Positions 1-8,323 of a stretch of 38,150 nt of DNA are shown piece after piece (position 1 is the stretch's first letter; every line of letters starts with the position of its first letter). The translations under genes and the position numbers were made by a program. The stretch comes from Kiritimatiellia bacterium (lineage in GTDB: Bacteria > Verrucomicrobiota > Kiritimatiellia > SLAD01): assembly GCA_007130845.1 (NCBI GenBank), contig SLRP01000203.1:1-38150 (forward strand). The letters run 5' to 3'. The notes under the pieces were generated by a model. It did not search any database, was not told where the DNA came from, and saw nothing but the letters and a program-made list of their open reading frames with translations.

Positions 1-93
1 CTGGGACATAGCGACGTGCGGACCACCATGATCTACACACACACCGTGCAAAGCCGAACGCAGAAGTAACGAAAAAGCCCGCTGGATTTCTGA
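1..93 (+). pseudogene. intI: C-terminal end of an integron-integrase-like tyrosine recombinase (5' part outside window), with in-frame TAA at 67-69
   Basis: Frame 1 reads LGHSDVRTTMIYTHTVQSRTQK*RKSPLDF*. LGHxDVxTTMIYTH is tyrosine recombinase box II with the catalytic Tyr, and a terminal SPLD is typical of IntI proteins. Confidence 0.75.
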
Positions 94-192
94 ATGATAT
101 CGATTGCTAGCTCATAGAGAGGGTGTAAACCAAAGATAGATGGCTATTTATCCTCAATGAGGGGCTGAGACCTTATAATTGTGTTGATGCTA

Positions 193-266
193 TGGAGCGG
201 GTGGCGGGAATCGAACCCGCGTAGCCAGCTTGGAAGGCTGGAGCTTTACCACTAAGCTACACCCGC
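193..266 (-). tRNA. tRNA-Gly (anticodon TCC)
   Basis: Reverse complement GCGGGTGTAGCTTAGTGGTAAAGCTCCAGCCTTCCAAGCTGGCTACGCGGGTTCGATTCCCGCCACCCGCTCCA forms a cloverleaf with anticodon loop CT-TCC-AA, T-loop GTTCGAT and encoded CCA. Confidence 0.97.
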
Positions 267-287
267 GCATGTGGAATGAAAGGGGTA

Positions 288-316
288 ATACTATAACGGC
301 GATCCAAAACGGTCAA
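288..316 (-). promoter_or_regulatory. sigma70-like promoter for tRNA-Gly
   Basis: Minus strand TTGACC-N17-TAGTAT about 20 nt upstream of the tRNA. Confidence 0.6.
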
Positions 317-339
317 GATCCGTTAAACAGGACGAGCTG

Positions 340-2439
340 TCAAGACTCCGAAGCAGTAGTACGCTCAAAACAATTTCTTATCCGCGATACAAGGACATCG
401 CTCTTGTACGGTTTGTGTACCATCCCAAGAGCGCCCTTTTCAATAAGTTCCCGGCTTATTTCCTCCTCATAATAACCGCTGGTAAGAAGTACCGGGACTG
501 AATTATCAATCCTTCTGATTGCTTCAAAGGTCGCTTTACCATCCATTTCAGGCATGATCATGTCCAGGAAAACAAGATCTATGCTGTTGCTGTTCTCCCG
601 GAAATAATCAACCGCCTCAATGCCCGACGCTGTGGTTATGACTTTATACCCATGCCCCTCCAGGATTTCAGTCAACAACAGCCGAACAACTTCTTCATCG
701 TCCACGACCAGAATGGTTTCATTTCCCCTTGCCGGTTCCGGCGGCTTATCGTTGCGGGCATATATTTCTTCATGATGCAGCGGGAAGTACAGCGTGAAGG
801 TTGACCCTTTACCCTTCCTGCTGGAGGCAACAATGTGACCGCCATGATTGTCAACAATGCCGTATACAATGGATAAACCCAGTCCGGTACCTTTGTTACC
901 TGGTTTGGTTGTAAAGAATGGATCGAATATGCGCTCCCGAACTTCTTCATCCATTCCAACCCCGGAATCCGAAATCATGACGCATATATATTTTGATTCC
1001 GTAGAGTTGATAAGTATGGTCTTTTCCCGCCCGGTAAGCGGACGGCATTCAGTACGCAAGGTAATATCCCCTCCCCCGTCAGCCATGGCGTCGGCGGCAT
1101 TAAGGCATAGATTCATGATCACCTGGTTCATTTGCCCATGGTCTCCCAGTATGGGAGGCAGACCGCTCTCAAGTTCAGGGTATATCACAATATTCTTGGC
1201 CAGTGTTCGCTCTAGAATACCCAGCGATTCCTCAATGACCCGGTTCATCGACACTGATTCCTTTATGACGTCCTTCTTGCGTGAAAATGTCAGTAATTGC
1301 TGCGTCAATTCCGAGCCGCGAACAGCCGACTGTTCTATTAAACCGAGATTTCTATGCAAATCCCCGCCAGGCTCAGTCTTGGACAACATATATGATGAAA
1401 ATCCCAGGATCCCGCTAAGTATGTTGTTGAAATCATGAGCAATACCGCCCGCGAGCATGCCTACGGCCTCCATCTTCTGCGACTGCCTGAGGCGATCGGA
1501 CAATTCCCGATGGATTTCATCCTGTTCTTCCGCGCGAAGCCGTGCCGCAATCTGCAGGGCTGCCACTGTAACGAGTTCAACATCGACGTGTTCATATTCA
1601 CGTTTTGCGGTATCCACCAGCGCGATCGTTCCGTGTATCAAACCCTTGGAGTCCCGCAGTGGAGCGCCAAGATAGGTTCTCAAACCAAGCTCGTTGATCA
1701 TGAACTGGCTGGAATATGGTTCTGTCGCATCCAGCGAATTCATGTATAGCGGCAGTCCGGAGCTCATCATGGATGCACACAGGGAGTCCGGAGAACAGTC
1801 GAGCAGATTGCCCCGTATGGCAGCCGCAATTTCAGCGCCTGCTGAATACAGTTTCTTTTCATTGAGCTGAATGTTGAGCAATACGGCGTAAGGCTTGTAC
1901 ATGTCGTACAGGATTCGGCAAATACCTTTGAGATGCCCATTGATGTCAGCAGGCAAATGGCTGTTTCTTGCAAAAAAATGTTTGAGCTTGGCCACAAGAG
2001 ATTGAGCAAGCAGGTGCCGTTTCTGCATCGTCACGGCCTTTTCCCTCAACTTCTGCTCTCTCTTTTCGGGGATTTCCATGGCAATCACATATGCCCTTGA
2101 CTGATTGCTTGTGCGCACAACACGCCGGTGAACCCTTACGGGAGCATGAACAAGGCCTCCCAAATCCGAAGTCGAGTCAACCGATGTCTCGTTCGGGGCA
2201 TCGCTCCTTATCCATGTTTCAGGAGCAAGGATTTCACATGTTTCATTATCAATGTTCAGGGCGTCCGAAAGAGGCCTGCCAATGCATTCTTCTTCATGTC
2301 CCCCTGAAAACAACAACTTTCTCATTGCGGGATTCATAAACAGTACTAGCCGGTCTGAATCCACCACGACAATAGGAGTATCCAAGGCTTGAAGCACGCC
2401 TTTGAAAAGGTCTTGATGACTTTGATTTCTACTGTTCAT
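340..2439 (-). CDS. PAS-GAF hybrid sensor histidine kinase / receiver (CckA-like architecture)
   Basis: H-box AHDFNN, N-box NLCLNAADAM, G1 DSGVG, F-box FDPFFTTK, G2 GTGLGL, receiver VVDDE/FLDMIMP/HKPY. Start moved to MNSRNQ (2439), which has GAGG upstream and avoids overlap with the divergent gene. Confidence 0.92.
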   Translation of the reverse strand: MNSRNQSHQDLFKGVLQALDTPIVVVDSDRLVLFMNPAMRKLLFSGGHEEECIGRPLSDALNIDNETCEILAPETWIRSDAPNETSVDSTSDLGGLVHAPVRVHRRVVRTSNQSRAYVIAMEIPEKREQKLREKAVTMQKRHLLAQSLVAKLKHFFARNSHLPADINGHLKGICRILYDMYKPYAVLLNIQLNEKKLYSAGAEIAAAIRGNLLDCSPDSLCASMMSSGLPLYMNSLDATEPYSSQFMINELGLRTYLGAPLRDSKGLIHGTIALVDTAKREYEHVDVELVTVAALQIAARLRAEEQDEIHRELSDRLRQSQKMEAVGMLAGGIAHDFNNILSGILGFSSYMLSKTEPGGDLHRNLGLIEQSAVRGSELTQQLLTFSRKKDVIKESVSMNRVIEESLGILERTLAKNIVIYPELESGLPPILGDHGQMNQVIMNLCLNAADAMADGGGDITLRTECRPLTGREKTILINSTESKYICVMISDSGVGMDEEVRERIFDPFFTTKPGNKGTGLGLSIVYGIVDNHGGHIVASSRKGKGSTFTLYFPLHHEEIYARNDKPPEPARGNETILVVDDEEVVRLLLTEILEGHGYKVITTASGIEAVDYFRENSNSIDLVFLDMIMPEMDGKATFEAIRRIDNSVPVLLTSGYYEEEISRELIEKGALGMVHKPYKSDVLVSRIRNCFERTTASES

Positions 2440-2538
2440 TATTCCTCGCTCAAACAGGGGCCGGAACCGAACTACTACTATACAGCGTCGGATGACAGGA
2501 ATTAAGCAAATATGCACAGTTGAAGCGGACAGGAATTC

Positions 2539-3915
2539 ATGACAGTATTTGACACCATGCTTGAAAACATACTTGAAACAATAGGACAAACTCCGATCGT
2601 AAGGCTTAATCGCTCGGCCGAAGGACTTGTGCCATCCATCGCCATAAAGGCGGAATCGTTCAATCCCGGGGGAAGCGCCAAGGACCGGATAGCGATGTCA
2701 ATGATTGAGAATGCTGAACACCGGGGAGAACTAAGACCGGGCGGCACCATTATCGAGGCCACAGCCGGAAACACAGGCCTCGGGTTGGCTTTGGTAGGAG
2801 CAGTCAGGGGATATCGCTGCATTTTCGTCATGCCCGACAAGATGAGTGACGACAAGATCCGCCTGCTGCGGGCATACGGGGCCGAGGTGGTTATTACGCC
2901 TTCCAACGTCCCTCCGGATTCACCAGACAGTTACAATGGCGTCGCTGAACGACTCAGCCGTGAGATTCCAGGCGCATGGCGGCCCAACCAATTCAGCAAC
3001 ATATCTAATCCGGAAGCCCATTATCGAACGACGGGCCCGGAAATATGGGATCAGACCGGAGGCAGAATAACCGTTTTCGTGGCTGCAGCCGGAACCGGAG
3101 GCACACTGAGCGGTGTAGGACGATTCCTTAAAGAGAAAAATTCGGATATGAGGATAATTGGGGCGGACATCGAAGGCTCAATTTTGTCGGGCGATTCTCC
3201 CAAACCGTGGAAAGTGGAGGGAATCGGTGAGGATTTCGTTCCCAAGACGCTGAATGCTCAAGTTATTGATGAGTGGATACGGGTCAGCGACGCAGAGTCG
3301 TTTTCCACGGCCCGGCGCGTTTCACGAGAGGACGGAATAATGCTTGGGGGGTCATCCGGAACGGCGCTGGCTGCAGCCTTCAAATACGCATCGCGTTGTT
3401 CAAGGGAGGATCTTGTGGTCGTTCTGTGCCCGGACACGGGCAGGAACTATCTGAGCAAGATGTACAATGATGAATGGATGGCGGAAAACGGTTTTGCGGA
3501 TCGGGCTCCGGATAAGGTTACAGTCGGCGATCTGCTGAAAACACTCGGTCGAGCCGGCAAGATTCTGTCGCTTAAGCCCGAAGACACACTGCAAACCGCC
3601 CTGGGGATGGTGCAGGAATACGGCTTTTCACAATTGCCGGTTTCAGAGGACGGCCGAATGGTCGGGGCAGTCGAGGAAGTCACCATCATCCGCGCACTTC
3701 ATCAGGGTGTTTCTCCATCAAAGGCGCATATTAGAGATGTTATGGCGCGGCCTCTTCCGGCCCTGGAGGAGGAAGTTCTTTTGGAAGAGGCTTACAGACT
3801 GCTTATGTCGGGATACCCGGCCATTGTAATTACCAGACAGGATCACGTCATAGGTATTGTCACCAGAACCGACATGATGAGCTACTATGAAAAAGTACCA
3901 AGGCAGCACAATTAG
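2539..3915 (+). CDS. cbs: cystathionine beta-synthase with C-terminal CBS (Bateman) domains
   Basis: PLP motif NPGGSAKDR, EATAGNTG, GTGGT, VEGIG, PDTGRNYLSK, plus a ~120-aa CBS pair (FSQLPV...GIVTRTD). Confidence 0.88.
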   Translation: MTVFDTMLENILETIGQTPIVRLNRSAEGLVPSIAIKAESFNPGGSAKDRIAMSMIENAEHRGELRPGGTIIEATAGNTGLGLALVGAVRGYRCIFVMPDKMSDDKIRLLRAYGAEVVITPSNVPPDSPDSYNGVAERLSREIPGAWRPNQFSNISNPEAHYRTTGPEIWDQTGGRITVFVAAAGTGGTLSGVGRFLKEKNSDMRIIGADIEGSILSGDSPKPWKVEGIGEDFVPKTLNAQVIDEWIRVSDAESFSTARRVSREDGIMLGGSSGTALAAAFKYASRCSREDLVVVLCPDTGRNYLSKMYNDEWMAENGFADRAPDKVTVGDLLKTLGRAGKILSLKPEDTLQTALGMVQEYGFSQLPVSEDGRMVGAVEEVTIIRALHQGVSPSKAHIRDVMARPLPALEEEVLLEEAYRLLMSGYPAIVITRQDHVIGIVTRTDMMSYYEKVPRQHN

Positions 3916-4050
3916 GGAGACAAAACGGAGGCCGGAAGGTAATGTGAATTTCCTTTACGATCAGACTCACTGCGTATCGTATGAACTGAGACAATGCAGG
4001 ATTGTGATCCCGCCTGCGCCGAGCGCTTAATTTTCCGGGAGTGACGTATC

Positions 4051-5217
4051 ATGGACAACGACGACAAAAGACCTCGCTTTGCAACCAGGGCCATTCACAT
4101 GGGACAAACCCCTGATCCGACAACGGGAGCAACCATACCCCCGATATACCTGTCCACCACTTACACGCAGGAAAGCCCCGGGGTACATAAGGGATATGAG
4201 TATTCGAGATCACAGAATCCCACCCGCACGGCCCTTGAAGCCTGTCTGTCGGGGTTGGAGGAAGGCGAGGATTGCGCGGTTTTTTCTTCAGGCCTGGCCG
4301 CCACGAATGCTCTATTGCAAAGCCTTCGGCCCGGCGACGGGTTCATAGCGGGTCATGACCTGTACGGTGGAACCTTCCGACTGCTGGAAGATGTGTTCAG
4401 GCCATGGGGCCTGGAAATAGCGCGAGCGGAATCCTCGGATCCTTCTGCTTATGAAAAGGCCATGAAGACGCTTGAGCGACCCAGAATGATATGGATTGAA
4501 ACACCAACCAATCCCCTCGTGGACTTGATTGACATAAGCTCAGTGGCGGAGATCGCAGGAAATAACGGATCTCTGCTGGTGGTGGATAACACCTTTGCGT
4601 CTCCGTGTTTGCAAAAGCCTCTTACCCTGGGCGCAGACATGGTTCTGCACAGCACCACCAAGTATCTGGGAGGGCATTCAGACGTCATTGGCGGCGCCCT
4701 GATAGCAAGGGAAGCCGGGCAACTTGAATCGGTACGGTTCATTCAGAATGCGGCCGGAGCCGTACCCGGACCCCTGGATTGCTACCTCATCCTCAGGGGA
4801 TTGAAGACCTTGGAGATTAGAATGCAAAGGCATTGTGCAAATGCCATGAAACTTGCGGAGGTATTGAACGGCCTGCCGGGAATCTCGCGAGTTTTGTATC
4901 CGGGCCTTCCGGATCATCCGGGACATGAGATCGCGAAAAAACAGATGCAGGGTTTCGGGGGTATGATATCGATAGAACTGGACGACGGGTTTGAACGGGC
5001 CAAAACATTTTGCACAAGCCTGAGAATTTTTTCTCTGGCGGAAAGTCTTGGAGGAGTTGAATCCCTAGTGTCGCATCCGGCCACCATGACGCATGCAAGT
5101 CTTCCGCCGTCGGAACGCCATGCGAGGCGCATCACAGACGGACTGGTCAGACTGAGCGTAGGTATAGAGGATGTACAGGATCTTATCGAAGATATAAATC
5201 AGGCCTTGCAGCCATAG
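4051..5217 (+). CDS. cystathionine gamma-lyase/gamma-synthase family PLP enzyme
   Basis: YSRSQNPT, ETPTNP, DNTFA, HSTTKYLGGHSD (PLP Lys), SLGGVESL, RLSVGIED. Follows cbs, which favours gamma-lyase. Confidence 0.92.
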   Translation: MDNDDKRPRFATRAIHMGQTPDPTTGATIPPIYLSTTYTQESPGVHKGYEYSRSQNPTRTALEACLSGLEEGEDCAVFSSGLAATNALLQSLRPGDGFIAGHDLYGGTFRLLEDVFRPWGLEIARAESSDPSAYEKAMKTLERPRMIWIETPTNPLVDLIDISSVAEIAGNNGSLLVVDNTFASPCLQKPLTLGADMVLHSTTKYLGGHSDVIGGALIAREAGQLESVRFIQNAAGAVPGPLDCYLILRGLKTLEIRMQRHCANAMKLAEVLNGLPGISRVLYPGLPDHPGHEIAKKQMQGFGGMISIELDDGFERAKTFCTSLRIFSLAESLGGVESLVSHPATMTHASLPPSERHARRITDGLVRLSVGIEDVQDLIEDINQALQP

Positions 5218-5234
5218 TCCATGGAACGGAGGCT
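5188..5234. repeat. 47-bp direct repeat, copy 1 (includes gamma-lyase stop codon)
   Basis: GAAGATATAAATCAGGCCTTGCAGCCATAGTCCATGGAACGGAGGCT, 42/47 identical to 5715-5761. Confidence 0.93.
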
Positions 5235-5308
5235 GGGTTCCGAAATGGGACACCCATTCAGTCGATCGGGCTTTTGAAGCCGCTAAAGCGATGACGGACA
5301 AGACGGCG

Positions 5309-5572
5309 TAAGCGGAGTCGGTTAAGGGTGGCGGGCAAGGGTTTCGGTTAAGAGTATTCGAGTAAGGGTGGCCGCGTAAGTGTATCCGGTTAAGGATATT
5401 ATACCGCCTTTGAAAGCGCCGCAAGCATTACCGCTACGCGATGTTCAGAGCGATGGACCACAAGCTTCTCATGCCCGAAAGGTTCCGTCATAATCCCGGC
5501 TCTTTACACTTAACCGGATACACTTAAACGGCTACACTTAATCGGATATCCTTACCCGACTCGACTCCGCTT
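5309..5572. repeat. inverted pair of 13-14-bp tandem repeat arrays (unit ~TAAGNGTATCCGGT) around a ~100-bp spacer
   Basis: Left units start at 5309, 5323, 5336, 5349, 5363, 5377, 5391. Right-arm CTTA ends fall at 5512, 5526, 5540, 5554. Perfect IRs: 5377-5394/5509-5526 (18 bp) and 5310-5320/5562-5572 (11 bp). Confidence 0.88.
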
Positions 5573-5714
5573 CCCCGCCTTCCGATATTCTCGCAGTCGA
5601 AACATCCGCTCATCCCTTTATACGAACAGGCTCCATTCACATCCATGAGACACCACAATAACGCAATCGTTCCGTTGCAATTATGACTCGATTTCGAGGT
5701 CACCCGGAACACAG

Positions 5715-5761
5715 GAAGATATTAATCAGGCCTTATAACCGTAGTCCATGGAACGGAGGCT
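5715..5761. repeat. 47-bp direct repeat, copy 2 (includes tsaD stop codon)
   Basis: GAAGATATTAATCAGGCCTTATAACCGTAGTCCATGGAACGGAGGCT, 527 bp from copy 1. Confidence 0.93.
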
Positions 5762-6796
5762 TGGATAGACATTGTCCGGGGCAGGCGGAGCCGATCCATT
5801 CAGTGACAGTGCACCGGCCAATCCGGCGATCATGGCTGCGTTATCAGTACAATACTCGAATGGAGCAATAAGGAGTCTGGATCCAAGGCGTTCGGACGTG
5901 CTTTCGAGCATCGTCCTGAGCCGTTTATTTCTTGCAACGCCTCCCACGCACGCGATAGCCCGGACCTTCTCATGAACTACCGCATTTTCAAGGCGGTCCA
6001 GCAGGGAATCAAATACAGCTTCCTGATAGGCGGCGGCGACATCTCCAAGGTCTTCCCCTGCCCTGGACTCAGGGTGATTCCTGACATGATACAGCAGGGC
6101 TGTCTTCAAGCCGCTGAAACTGAAACAGCAGTCGCGCCGCATGCCGTCTATCAGGGCTTCACCGCCTCTGCCCTTTCCCTTCAGTATGCCGCGCGGAAAA
6201 TCGATGCGGCCCGGGTTGCCCCCTTGAGCAGCCTTCTCAATTGCCGGCCCGCCCGGATATCCCAGACCTAGAACAGTAGCTCCCTTATCCAGCGCTTCAC
6301 CCGCCGCATCATCCAGGGTATGGCCAAGCACCGTGAAGTTTCGGACGTCGTCGACTCGGACCAGCATGGTATGTCCTCCTGAAACCAGAAGAACTACCAT
6401 TGGACAAATCTCATCCATGGACAAATCCGAACCGAGAAAAACAGAGTAAAGATGAGCTTGAAGGTGGTTAATTCCCAAAAGCGGAATATCTAATCGCAGG
6501 GAAAGCGCCCGTGCCGTTGTTACACCCATTAAAAGCGAGCTTGCCAGGCCGGGACCTTGCGTTACAGCAATGGAGTCAATGTCATACCAATCAGCCCCGC
6601 ACTGGTCCAGAGCTTGTCGTGTTACGTCCGGTAAAGCTTCAAGGTGGCGACGTGACGCGACTTCCGGAACGACTCCGCCATATTGAGCGTGTTCGGCAGC
6701 CTGGCTCAACACAATATTAGATCGTACTTCACGGCCATCAGCGACAACAGCGGCGGACGTTTCGTCGCAAGAGGTTTCGATGCCGAGAATCAGCAT
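5726..6796 (-). CDS. tsaD: tRNA N6-adenosine threonylcarbamoyltransferase TsaD
   Basis: LGIETSCDET, GGVVPEVASRRH, NHLQAH, VSGGHT, DDAAGEALDK, FSFSGLKT, CTDNAAMIA. Confidence 0.97.
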   Translation of the reverse strand: MLILGIETSCDETSAAVVADGREVRSNIVLSQAAEHAQYGGVVPEVASRRHLEALPDVTRQALDQCGADWYDIDSIAVTQGPGLASSLLMGVTTARALSLRLDIPLLGINHLQAHLYSVFLGSDLSMDEICPMVVLLVSGGHTMLVRVDDVRNFTVLGHTLDDAAGEALDKGATVLGLGYPGGPAIEKAAQGGNPGRIDFPRGILKGKGRGGEALIDGMRRDCCFSFSGLKTALLYHVRNHPESRAGEDLGDVAAAYQEAVFDSLLDRLENAVVHEKVRAIACVGGVARNKRLRTMLESTSERLGSRLLIAPFEYCTDNAAMIAGLAGALSLNGSAPPAPDNVYPSLRSMDYGYKA

Positions 6797-6824
6797 TTGC
6801 TACAGCGCCTTCCAAATTACAGGG

Positions 6825-8129
6825 TCAACGTTGTTGACCAGTCATTAGCCTTCCCGACCGCCGCGCATCGAAAATAACCAGACCCTTCATGAGATCCAAG
6901 GCGCGTTCCAGTTGCACATCCACGATTTCCTCAAATTCCTCCTCCCCGTCCAGAGGCTCGGCATTTTCAGGTCGGGCGCGATTCACAAGAAGTTTGCGCC
7001 AGTCATCCGGAGAGATAGATACCACTATATCAGGCTCTATTCCGTTGTCCTGAATACGGCGTTCACTGGGCGTATAATATGTGGCTGTGGTAAGCCTCAG
7101 GGCGGATCCGTCCCCCATGGGCAGCACACTCTGCACCGATCCCTTTCCAAAGGTCTTGCTGCCCACGACCACTGCGCGCCTATGATCCTGCAGCGCTCCG
7201 GCAACGATTTCGGAGGCGCTGGCACTGCCTTCATTCACAAGTACCACCAATGGCAGATCGGGATACTTCGGCCTGGTTCTGGACACATATCTCTGCTGCC
7301 TGTTTTCATCCCGGCCCTTTGTGTATACAATCAACTCCCCGCGGGGTATGAATTTCTGCGCTACATCCACAGCCGCGTTAAGCAACCCTCCGGGATTGCT
7401 TCTCAGGTCCAGAATAAGAGCCTCCATGCCATCGGCCTTGAGATCTTCGATGGCGCTGACAAGGTCATCCGCTGTAGGCGCATTGAACTGTGTAATACGT
7501 ATATATCCTATATCGTCCTCCAACAGAGAAGCGTCCTTGACGCTTTCAACGGTAATGATAGCCCTGGTGATGGTCATTTCCTCGAATTCATTCGTGCTGG
7601 GCCTCAGTATCCTGATATCCACATCGGTATCAGGCGGACCGCGCAGTTTGCGCACAGCCTCCTGAAGAGAAATCCCCTCCGTCGACTTTCCGTCAATTTC
7701 TATGATGCGGTCACCGGAAAGCAGGCCTGCATCAAATCCCGGGGTGCCCTCCATGGGGGCAACCACAGTTAAAATCCCGTCCCTCATGCTGATGACGATC
7801 CCAAGACCTCCGAAATGACCTGATGTGTCATCTTTCATGTCGCCGTACATGTCGGGATCCATGAACTGGCTATGAGGATCCAAAGACTGCAGCATGCCGC
7901 GGAGCGCGCCGTAAATGAGATCGTTATAGGTCGTGCTTTCACCGTCAACATAATGCTGACGGACCTGTTCCAAGGCCTTAGTGAACAAAGCCATGCTGTC
8001 ATAGGCATCGTCCCGCTCCCCGGAAGAAGCCTCCTGAGAATACAGGCTTGAGCCTATCAGAAGGTTCCCCACGAGCAAACTTGCAAGCAGGGTCCATCCG
8101 AGGCCGCGTCTAATAATTCTTGCCGACAT
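6825..8129 (-). CDS. ctpA: carboxyl-terminal processing protease, S41 family with PDZ domain
   Basis: N-terminal signal/TM, LDPHS, FGGLGI (PDZ), DLRSNPGGLL, SASASEIVAGAL, FGKGSVQ. Confidence 0.95.
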   Translation of the reverse strand: MSARIIRRGLGWTLLASLLVGNLLIGSSLYSQEASSGERDDAYDSMALFTKALEQVRQHYVDGESTTYNDLIYGALRGMLQSLDPHSQFMDPDMYGDMKDDTSGHFGGLGIVISMRDGILTVVAPMEGTPGFDAGLLSGDRIIEIDGKSTEGISLQEAVRKLRGPPDTDVDIRILRPSTNEFEEMTITRAIITVESVKDASLLEDDIGYIRITQFNAPTADDLVSAIEDLKADGMEALILDLRSNPGGLLNAAVDVAQKFIPRGELIVYTKGRDENRQQRYVSRTRPKYPDLPLVVLVNEGSASASEIVAGALQDHRRAVVVGSKTFGKGSVQSVLPMGDGSALRLTTATYYTPSERRIQDNGIEPDIVVSISPDDWRKLLVNRARPENAEPLDGEEEFEEIVDVQLERALDLMKGLVIFDARRSGRLMTGQQR

Positions 8130-8323
8130 AAAGCACTCCCATTTGACGATTTCACCGTAACGGCATGCAAAATCGCATTATCACGCCGGATAAATTAATG
8201 CAGAAAGGCTTGATTTGCAACCTGAATGGAAAATATGTATTTTGTTTACGAATTTTCAGGCAATTGCCCACGTTTTGAATAACCTTACGTGGGGTTTAGA
8301 ACAGTAATTAAGGGGTACAATAA

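Noticed and set aside
67-69. Stop-codon reassignment or readthrough of TAA
   Set aside because: TAA terminates several intact genes in this window (e.g. eno, putP, thrS), so the standard code applies.
2440-2589. 50-aa N-terminal extension of the hybrid kinase in the ORF track
   Set aside because: It overlaps the divergent cbs start; ATG 2439 has a better SD.
3916-4050. SAM riboswitch or S-box between the two sulfur genes
   Set aside because: Only short dyads (TACGAT/ATCGTA, GCAGG/CCTGC) are present, without recognisable SAM-I core motifs.
5309-5572. CRISPR array or attC cassette sites
   Set aside because: Units are contiguous 13-14-mers with no unique spacers and no cas genes nearby. No RYYYAAC...GTTRRRY attC box arrangement is evident.
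5065-5712. ORFs 5065-5424 (-) and 5524-5712 (-) as a transposase or cargo of the insertion
   Set aside because: They run through repeat DNA or antisense to the gamma-lyase gene and show no DDE, HUH or recombinase motifs.
6912-7772. 286-aa + strand ORF and similar long alternative-frame ORFs (848-1438, 14584-15099, 31618-32205, 34067-34753, 34634-35197)
   Set aside because: Antisense or off-frame shadows of well-conserved genes, with no family motifs.
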